From: Octopus vulgaris
Taxonomy: Eukaryota
NCBI GenBank assembly: GCA_951406725.2
Contig: OX597829.1
Span: forward strand, 16,864,001 to 16,928,000
DNA: 64,000 bases
Direction: 5' to 3'
Shown here: positions 55,043 through 64,000 of the stretch, piece after piece
How the letters are laid out: the number at the start of each line of letters is the position of its first letter
Numbering within the stretch: position 1 is the stretch's first letter
Position numbers and translations under genes: made by a program
The notes under the pieces: model-generated
What the model saw: only the letters and a program-made list of their open reading frames with translations
Database searches by the model: none
Told to the model about the DNA's origin: nothing

Positions 55043-55247
55043 TTGCAGCGTGGAAGGTGTTTATAAGCCATTTAAGAAACACACAAAACCGTTAGATTCA
55101 CTTCAACATTTAAATTTAATTTGTCAAAATATTTTCGTCGCTTTCAGACCGCGACCTGTTCACTAACAAATTAAGTTCAAATGTTGAAGTGAATCTAACG
55201 GTTTTGTGTGTTTCTTAAATGGCTTATAAACACCTTCCACGCTGCAA
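55043..55247. repeat. 84-bp-arm inverted repeat enclosing a hammerhead-like core
   Basis: Arms 55043-55126 and 55164-55247. Confidence 0.95.
55118..55172 (-). ncRNA. Hammerhead ribozyme variant with G3:C8 core
   Basis: Minus strand AATTTGTTA-GTGAACA-G-GTCGC..GCGAC-GAAA-ATAT-TT-TGACAAATT. Confidence 0.7.
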
Positions 55248-55374
55248 AAACACATTGAATCTAAGTAGGAAACACAACTGTTACAATTATAACGCAAACA
55301 GTTCCTTGAAGACTTTTTTGCTTTGGGGTTCTAAAATGGCAGATGAAGAGAAAATGATAACAAAATGCTTATTA

Positions 55375-55810
55375 GGCGCAGGAGTGGCTATAGGCGCAGG
55401 AGTGGCTGTGTGGTAAGTAGCTTGCTAACCAACCACATGGTTCCGGGTTCAGTCCCACTGCGTGGCATCTTGGGCAAGTGTTTTCTGCTATAGCCCCGGG
55501 CCGACCAGTGCCTTGTGAGTGGATTTGGTAGACGGAAACTGAAAGAAGCCTGTCGTATATATGTATATATATATATGTGTGTGTGTGTGTGTTTGTGTGT
55601 CTGTGTTTGTTCCCCTAGCATTGCCTGACAACCGATGCTGGTGTGTTTACGTCCCCGTTACTTAGCGGTTCGGCAAAAGAGAATAAGTACTGGGCTTACA
55701 AAAGAATAAGTCCCGGGGTCGATTTGCTCGACTAAAGGCGGTGCTCCAGCATGGCCGCAGTCAAATGACTGAAACAAGTAAAAGAGTAAAAAGAGTAAAG
55801 AGTAAAGAGT
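55375..55810 (+). mobile_element. SINE family B with duplicated first ~17 nt
   Basis: AGGCGCAGGAGTGGCT occurs twice; (AGAGTAA)n tail. Confidence 0.92.
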
Positions 55811-56120
55811 AGTATTTCTGCCGGATTTTACGTTCTGAGTTCAAATATTACTGAAACCAACATTGCCTTTCTTCCTTTCGGGGTCGATAAGATCAGAACC
55901 AGTTGAGTACAGGTGCCTGTAATTAGTTTCTCCTTACCCGCAAGTTGCAGACCTGCCAAAATTAAAAGGAATTACTGTTGTTGCTGTTGTTGTTATTATT
56001 ATTATTATTAGCTACTTCTGAATTCAAGACCAGCAAAGTAAAAAGATCAGATAATAAGTATGTTTTCTCTCCTTCCTGCTGTGAGAATACTTTACTTCGT
56101 AAACTTATTCGTTTGACTCA

Positions 56121-56207
<87 letters not shown>

Positions 56208-57070
56208 TCTCTCTCTCTGTATATATATATAATAACAAAATAATAAATAAAACATATGCATACATATATACATATATGTACATACCTACATTTATATGTA
56301 TATATACATGCATATTTGGGTACAATGCATGTATATACATGTAGGTATGTACATATATGTATATATGCATGCATATGTTTTATTTATTAATTTGTTATAT
56401 GATCGAACGCTGCGCATCCACTTTCAAGTAAGTATATATGTATGTATGTATGTGTGTGTGTATGTATGTATGTGTGCGTGTGTGTATGTATGTATGTATG
56501 TATGTATGCATGTATGTATGTATGTATGCATGTATGTATGTATGCATGTATGTATGTATATAGCAAATAAGAAAACGGGGTGGATATGAAATCGACAGAC
56601 ATCAGCCAGTAAACATTCAAGAATGTCCTTTCATTTAATTGTATTCGATGAAATACACACACACACACACACGTATGTGTCGTACAGATTAACGAGTGGA
56701 AAAAACTGGTAACTGCATAGACAAGGGTGTGAATAAATATAAGTATATAGAAACAAATAGGCAAAAATATAAATGGGTGTGCAGGTGTCGATTTTATATC
56801 CTCCCCCGTTTTCTTATTTGCCGTATAAACCATGGGTAAATAACTTTTTTTTACCCCGCCCATATATAATACTCAATTGCGAGATTGCTATGCAATAACT
56901 AACACTTGACTATGAATAATTGGGTACACTACCAGCAGTATATTCGATAAGCACTATCCCTTAGTTGGTTTCTCAACCTCAAACTCACACAGAATATATA
57001 TATATATATATATATATACTCACGCACGCACACACACACACGCACATACACACAGACACACACATATATA

Positions 57071-57302
57071 TATTTCTTTACTACCCACAAGGGGCTAAAC
57101 CCAAAGGGAGACAAACAAGGATAGACAAACAGATTAAGTCAATTACATCGACCCCAGTGCGTAACTGGTACTTAATTTATCGACGCCGAAAGGATGAAAG
57201 GCAAAGTCGACCTCGGCGGAATTTGAACCCAGAACGTAACGGCAGACGAAATACGGCTACGCATTTCGCCCGGCGTGCTAACGTTTCTGCCAGCTCGCTG
57301 CC
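57071..57302 (-). mobile_element. SINE family A
   Basis: Reverse-complement consensus. Confidence 0.9.
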
Positions 57303-57306
57303 CTTA

Positions 57307-57371
<65 letters not shown>

Positions 57372-58499
57372 GGCGCATGGTTTAGTGGTTGGAGTATCGG
57401 CTCCACAAACATGACCGGGCCGTATGTTGTGTTCTTGAGCAAAACTCTTTATTTCACGTTGCTCCAGTTCATTCATCTGTAGAACTGAGTTGCAACATTA
57501 CTGGTGCTAAGCTGTATCAACCTTTGCCTTTCCTTTGGATAACATCGGTAGGGTGGAGAGCAGAAGCTGGTATGCATGGGCGACTGTTGGTCTTCCATAA
57601 TCAACCTCACCTGGACTTGTGTCTCGGAGAACTTTCTGGTAGGTGCCTCCCATGGCCATTCATACCGAAGGGGGTCTTTACCCTTTATATATGAAATTAA
57701 ATAAATGACAAAGGAATAAGCATTACGTAACCAACTTCTTTACCTTACAGCTGTTTCTAGTGTACGATGAACAAACATTGAGAGATGAGTGCTGTGCATC
57801 ACCTTATAGCTTCCTCGGTCTTTAAATGCAAGCTTATTTGGGAAATCATTTATATACATGGAAAGCATCTTTCTTTACGCATGTGTGTGTGCGTGTCTGC
57901 TTCTGTGTGTGCAAGTGTGTGTGCGTGTGTTTGTGTTTATGTGTGTGTGTGTGTGAATTTTCTGTTGATTAACCAAGTACTAAATTACAGGACCGAATAC
58001 ACTGCATTTGGAATGTTCATTATTGCCAGTACATTGAGTTTCACGCTCCCTTTGTTTTAGTTGACAGTGCGGACTTATTTTCCCCTGGATTAACTGTTAT
58101 TTAAATATATTGTAAAGCATAAAAGCTATTAAGAAAACGCTTATCTTAAATGTTTAGAAAACAAATCATACTACGAGCGATGCGTGTAAAGCGGCTATTT
58201 CATGGTCACGTTTTCCATTTAATTTCTGGTTCTCACTTGAACACTCGAAACGTCCTTCTTTAAATTTATCATTGCAATACAACTTGTAAGCGCCATACAC
58301 AGATCACGCGAAGAACTGCTTTCAAGAAATTGCTTATCTTTAGGTATTTTGTTTATTTTTAAACATCGTGCGAGCGGTATGTGTAAAAATGTTATTCCAG
58401 CTCAGGGTTTTCTTATTCAGTTTTCAACCCATATGTACGGGACGACTCTGTAAGAACAGATATTTTCTGGAACTGTGGTGCTGAGTCAACTCTCTGGAC

Positions 58500-58552
<53 letters not shown>

Positions 58553-58624
58553 CCTCTCTCTCCCTCTTTTCCCTCTCTCTCTATCTTCATCTCTTCGCTC
58601 ACTCTCTTACCACTTCCACCGTCT

Positions 58625-59340
58625 TCAAACCTACTGACTCACTCCTAACCTCGATTTTTCGTCCCCTACCCATCTCACACTAAACGAGCCACTTCCTACT
58701 CTCGACTCCTCCGTCTCTGATGTCTGTGCGGCCGCAACTAGGATTCTGAGACACAGTCTTATTACTTGACCCGTCTTATCATTCGTCGGGGATACCCCGC
58801 AACCCTTGTCCAAGCCGCTCTATTCGCGTGCCCGCCAAATTGATCGTGCTTCCGCACTCTCACCTCACCGACATCCATACTCCAACTGTATTCTCTTTCT
58901 CTCTCCTATTCCACCCCCTACTCTACCCTTTATCGCAAAATCCTACAGGTCTTTCGACTTCTCCAGTCCGGTCCCACCACCCTCCATGTTTTCTCAAACC
59001 CACCTCTCTCCACCTTAAAAAGTGCCCGAAATCTACCCGACCTACATGTCCGTAGTTTCTCCCACCCCATTACCACCCATCCAGAACCTTCTATTGCTCA
59101 AGTCCCCAGTGTCACACTTGTCCGTTTACCAGCAGCATCGCCTCTCTCACTGGAAACAGCCAACTTTTTTTCCTGTATTGCATCTAACATCATTTATTGC
59201 CTTAAATGTACCCTTTGCGGGTACTGTTGGACAGTCTGGCCGCCGTCTCCCTGACCGATTCACTGAACACCTTGGAGATATCCGCCTTCAGAAAAGTACT
59301 CCTGTTGCCGTCGCCTCTGCTCGATCAACCACTCCACTCA
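58625..59340 (+). mobile_element. Decayed PLE C-terminal region (thumb, linker, GIY-YIG)
   Basis: RARQIDRASAL, FSCIASNIIYCLKC, VGQSGRRLPDRFTEHLGDIR..PVA. Confidence 0.78.
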
Positions 59341-59349
59341 GCAAAGTAC

Positions 59350-59632
59350 AAATATATGGGTAATTACCACCTGTATCATCTCTTGTTAAAGGTAGAAGAG
59401 TCCAGTTTGCTGGACATTGTTGTAGAGCTGAAAACGAGGTAATTTCTACTCTTCTCCTCTGGAAGCCATCTGCTCGCAATACCAGAGGGCGCACACTCTC
59501 CTACCCTGATGTAATCTCCAGGGATACCTGCATCCAGCAACAGGACCTCCGTAATGCTACGATGGACCGTGAAGTCTGGCGTAACATAGTAAATTCCATT
59601 GTCTCGACCACGGTCGAACAATGATGATGATC
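59350..59632 (+). mobile_element. RTE-like LINE 3' end, same family as 21805-22298
   Basis: High nucleotide similarity; (GAT)n tail. Confidence 0.88.
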
Positions 59633-59914
59633 AGCATGGTCTTACAGCATGGACCTATCACTACCAGACTTCACAAAGAGCAACGGTACGTTTTCCCCTT
59701 ACGAACGCATACGCCATTTTGGAATAAAACACGTCGCCTCCTTCTTTTAACGATCTCCAACTTCTATCGCGCTTCCATATCTCATTTTCCTTCTGTTATT
59801 TCCACACACTTCCATACAAAACTTACAACCTCCCCTCCCACGCACACACAACCTGCATATCTATTGCACGCGCGCACGCACGATCCCCCCCCCCGCCACA
59901 CTCATTCTTTTATT

Positions 59915-60120
59915 CTTTTATTTCTTTCACTCATTTGACCGCGGCCACGCTGGAGCACCGCCTGTAGCCGAACAAATCGACCCCAGGGCTTTTTCTTTAT
60001 AAGCCTAGTACTTACCCTATCGGTCTCTTTTGCCGAACTGCTAGGTCAATGCGGACGTGAACACACCAGCATCGGTTGTCAAGCGATGGTGAGGGAGACA
60101 AACACAAACATACAAGCACA
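59915..60120 (-). mobile_element. SINE family B, 3' half
   Basis: Reverse-complement consensus. Confidence 0.82.
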
Positions 60121-60137
60121 CACACACACACACACAC

Positions 60138-60188
<51 letters not shown>

Positions 60189-60269
60189 CAACGCAATTGA
60201 GTCTGTATAAGGAAGCTCTCAATTGCTAAACAAGTCCGCATTAGAAACTTTGTGTTTTAGTGAATAACT

Positions 60270-61220
60270 GCAGATTGTCCTCAGTGGACGATGTCTAGTT
60301 GGTTAATGTGTCGTCAATAGGGTATCTACGATTCTGAGTCATACAACAGAGTAGTAAGAATGGCAGCTTTATAAACCTGTCCTTTTGTGTCAAGTTTGAT
60401 GCCCCTTTCATTCCATAGGCGAGTTTGCCAATGCGTTGGTTGCCTATGCAAGGCAGTTGACGATTTCATCATCAAGGGAAACGCTCAAATTCTCTTTACT
60501 ATTAAGATATGTAAATGACCTCTATTAATCTAGGTTTTTCCCATCAACCTGTATTGGAATTCCAGGAAACCTGTGAACCGATGACCTCTGCTTGATACCT
60601 CGAATTTGTTTAGGAGTAGGGCAAGGTTGGTGGATTACTGCCGTCTTCTTTATGCTGATGGTCAATCCAAAGGCTTTACATGCAGCAGAAAACCAGTCTA
60701 GAAGTTCCTGAACTTCTTCTAAAAAGATCACTACTAGTGCAGCATCATCTGCAAAATGTAGATCATTAATGATACTGGTGCGTAGCAGTGTTCTGGCTTT
60801 GAATCGCTGATGATTGAATAGTCTACTACTTGTTCGAAACTGTAATTTGGTACCACTTTTTATGTCATCAAAAGCATACCTTAGTATCACAGAAAAATGC
60901 AAACAAAATAGGGGCCACAACACAATCTTGTTTTGTGCCGATTGTAACGTCGAAGGAAGCCGAAGATCCCCCTCCGGACATGACAGCTGCCTTCATTTCC
61001 TCATGAAAGGAGATGATAACATTCAACATCTTGTCAGATATACCAAGCTTTATCAGAACTTTCCATAGCGCTTGACGGTTAACAGTGTTGAAGGCCTTAG
61101 TAAGGTCAAAGAATATCAAGAACAACTCTTGATTTTTCTTACGTACCTTCTCTATGACCTGTCGGAGGGAAAAGATCATGTCGATAGTGTCACTACCACT
61201 GCGAAATCCGCACTGTGATT
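60270..61220 (-). mobile_element. Decayed RTE (BovB-like) reverse transcriptase
   Basis: SQCGFRS..TIDMIFSLRQ, FFDLTKAFNTV, GTKQDCVVAPILF, LHFADDAAL, FGLTISIKKT. Confidence 0.9.
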
Positions 61221-61437
61221 ATTTGATGGGTCATTTCAATTAAGAGCTTTTTTTCTAAGAAACGGTGATATAAATAAAAATATCAAAAATTAGAAGGCTT
61301 AAATGTCGTATTATGCAAAATCGAAAAAAATCTTAAATCAAAATAAATATTAGTTTAAAAGGAAAAGCATACGTGGCCCACCAAATTTCAGGTTATGTGC
61401 CTAGAGTAGACAGGATTATTATTACTATTATTATTAC

Positions 61438-61620
<183 letters not shown>

Positions 61621-61688
61621 AAAAATAATATACATACATACATACATACATACGTCCATACGTCCATATGCACACATGCATTCATACA

Positions 61689-61722
<34 letters not shown>

Positions 61723-62134
61723 CACACACACATACATACATACATACATATATACATACATACATACATACGTACATACATACACACATATATACACCAT
61801 ACATACAAACATACATACATACATATCTGCATAAATACTTACCCGCATACATACATACTTCATAGAAAAATACATATACATACGGTAGCATTGCTTTAAT
61901 TCTCATCTCAACACATGAATGCATCCACATGTTACGTTGGGAATACACACACGTGGTCGCGCGCGCGCGCGAAAACAGACTCACAGATACACGTATACAA
62001 AGCATAAACAGCAATGAAGCGCACGCACTCATGTACCAACGGGGCATACATGCACACTACATGAATTAATTTTTTTAAAGCACAGACGCACACGCGTCGC
62101 GCACGCGTACACACCGCACACATGCAGACACAAA

Positions 62135-62187
<53 letters not shown>

Positions 62188-62488
62188 GCACACACATACA
62201 CACGTCAACTGCTTCAGACATTCACAGAACTAAGCAGCCGACTTGATTTAAAACAAAGAGCCCAGCTACTTTTTAGTGACAAGCTAGGATTTTGCAAAGG
62301 GGAACAAAAATAAAGTAATCCCAAAGGGGTCGTACATGCACAATGACACAAATACATACATACTCACATAGTCATAAGTCTCTACAAGTCGTAGAGCCGG
62401 TTACTAGGTTTTTATAGCTTATGAGTATAGGAGTGCAACTGGGAAGAGCGTCAAACAAAGAAATGCTTTATCGACAAACTTATTTACC

Positions 62489-62637
62489 TATTTCTTTACT
62501 ACCCACAAGGGGCTAAACATAGAGGGGACAAACAAGGACAGACAAACGGATTAAGTCGATTATATCGACCCCAGTGCATAACTGGAACTTATTTAATCGA
62601 CCCCGAAAGGATGAGAGGCAAAGTCGACCTCGGCGGA
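62489..62637 (-). mobile_element. SINE family A, 3' part
   Basis: Reverse-complement consensus. Confidence 0.85.
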
Positions 62638-62664
62638 GTGAACATCAACAGGGGCTTCATATAT

Positions 62665-62935
62665 TCCGAGTTCAGTCCCACTGTGTGACACCTTGGAAAA
62701 AGTGTCGTCTACAATAGCCTCGGACTGACCAAAGCCTTGAGAGTTGTTTTGGCGGACGGACACAGATAGAAGAAGTTCATTCTATATGTACGATATATGT
62801 CCGTCTACCAAATCCACTCTCAGTGCTTTATGCGGCCCGAGGCTATCTTAGAAAACACTTGCCCAAGGTGCCAAGCAGTGGGGCTGAATTCGGAACCATG
62901 TGATTAGTGGACGTATACTTCTTACCACACAGCAA
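62665..62935. repeat. Two SINE B 5' halves in inverted orientation
   Basis: Plus arm 62665-62762, minus arm 62798-62935, both stopping at GACGGA-CA. Confidence 0.8.
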
Positions 62936-62999
62936 CACCTTTTTATCATTTGCCGTTGCTAGTTGGTCCCCACTATGTCTCAAGAATCACTGGGGGTAT

Positions 63000-63268
63000 T
63001 TACAGTTCTATATTTAAGAGATGCGGAATTATTTACATTATTTATATTCGACGGATATTTGTCCTCATCTTGTTTGTGATTAACACAACGTTTGGGCAGA
63101 TATACCGTCCAGCCTTCTTCAGGTGTCTTGGGGAAACTTCGAACCTGGGTCCTCATTCTTAAGGTATTTTTCGATGTTGTTATTATTATTGTTGTTGTTG
63201 TTGTTCAGGTCACTGCTTGGAATCTTGGGGTTAGTAGCCCGCGCTCTTAACCACTACGCCATATGCTC
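63000..63268 (-). mobile_element. tRNA-headed hammerhead-tailed element, copy 3
   Basis: Minus strand GAGCATATGGCGTAGTGGTTAAGAGCGCGGGCTACTAACCC.., (AAC/AAT)n, GACAC-CTGAAGA-A-GGCTGG..TCTGCC-CAAA-CG-TT-GTGTT. Confidence 0.82.
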
Positions 63269-63443
63269 GTGTTTCTCATTTAGACTAACCGTAACTTTTC
63301 TATATCCTTCTTAAGGCAAAATGCAGGTAGAGCTGTTAACCCACGCTGCTTCGTTGTTATGTTCCCAGACTGCCCCATGTTTCTCTAGCAGTCACTAGTC
63401 TGTTTTAGCCATCACGCAGCCTCTTCATGTTAGCCACTGGTCA

Positions 63444-63731
63444 TCTCTATATATATATAAACGGCAAAATGTCTGCGCGCGTGTGTGTGTGCATGTCCTT
63501 TATACAAATCTACAATTTTTCAGTTAGAGGGCTCGCACTTTCTATGGTCATTCAAAACCGTCCAAGGGTGATCGTGCACATATTTACGTTTCCCCAGTCA
63601 CCCCGCAAAGCAATTAAAAACTCAATAGAAGTGACTTTTTTGTGAATTTTCTATCCAAAAACCAATCAAAATGCCCGAAACTTGATACGCCAATTGAATG
63701 CCGGCTAGCTGTATGTGATTGGTCGGAGATT
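63444..63731 (+). mobile_element. Helitron-like family H1, 5' region
   Basis: A|TCTCTATATATATATAAACGGC start; homologous to 48395-48613. Confidence 0.65.
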
Positions 63732-64000
63732 GCCGGGTCATAGAACTAGTTCCAGTTAAAACATTTTCGTTACACATTTCTGTGGTTCATCGGGACACAT
63801 CATTAATGATGTTTCCGGGGGTCATTTTATGTACAGCGTGTATATGTTTGTGTGAGTGAGTGTTCGTGTGAGTTTGTGCTGCTTAGTTCTGTGAATGAAT
63901 GTCTCAAATAGTTGACGTGTGTGTGTGTGTGTATGAGTTTGTGTCGACCTGTGTGCGTGTGGGCGCGTGCGCGACGTGTGTGCGTCTGTGCGTTAAATAT

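Noticed and set aside
57730-57825. Plus-strand acceptor TTACCTTACAG followed by a short ORF
   Set aside because: No donor or homology; better explained as the antisense of a decayed hammerhead-like tail.
58130-58430. Weak ~195-bp tandem similarity
   Set aside because: Too diverged and AT-rich to support by eye.

Overview
AT-rich, repeat-saturated animal DNA, most likely an octopus/coleoid cephalopod intronic or intergenic region. This is inferred from a mollusc-type 5S copy, tRNA-Arg-headed SINEs resembling the octopus OR-type SINEs, and very high microsatellite load. There is no intact protein-coding gene; nearly all supplied ORFs are microsatellite or SINE translations. The window holds three abundant tRNA-derived SINE families (here A, B and R), decayed LINEs (RTE, CR1-like, R4/Dong-like), four Penelope-like (PLE) RT/GIY-YIG remnants, Tc1/mariner remnants, Helitron/Helentron non-autonomous elements, MITE-like inverted repeats and a 5'-truncated 5S pseudogene. 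The most notable hidden layer is a set of type-I hammerhead ribozyme (HHR) motifs with palindromic helix III, in about six sequence-distinct repeats. They include (i) a tRNA-headed SINE-like element with an HHR tail, (ii) an HHR with a compensated G3:C8 core whose helix I extends into an 84-bp hairpin, (iii) a back-to-back palindromic HHR pair, and (iv) an A6U-core family. All structures were read by eye; no folding or database search was run, and boundaries of decayed elements are approximate.
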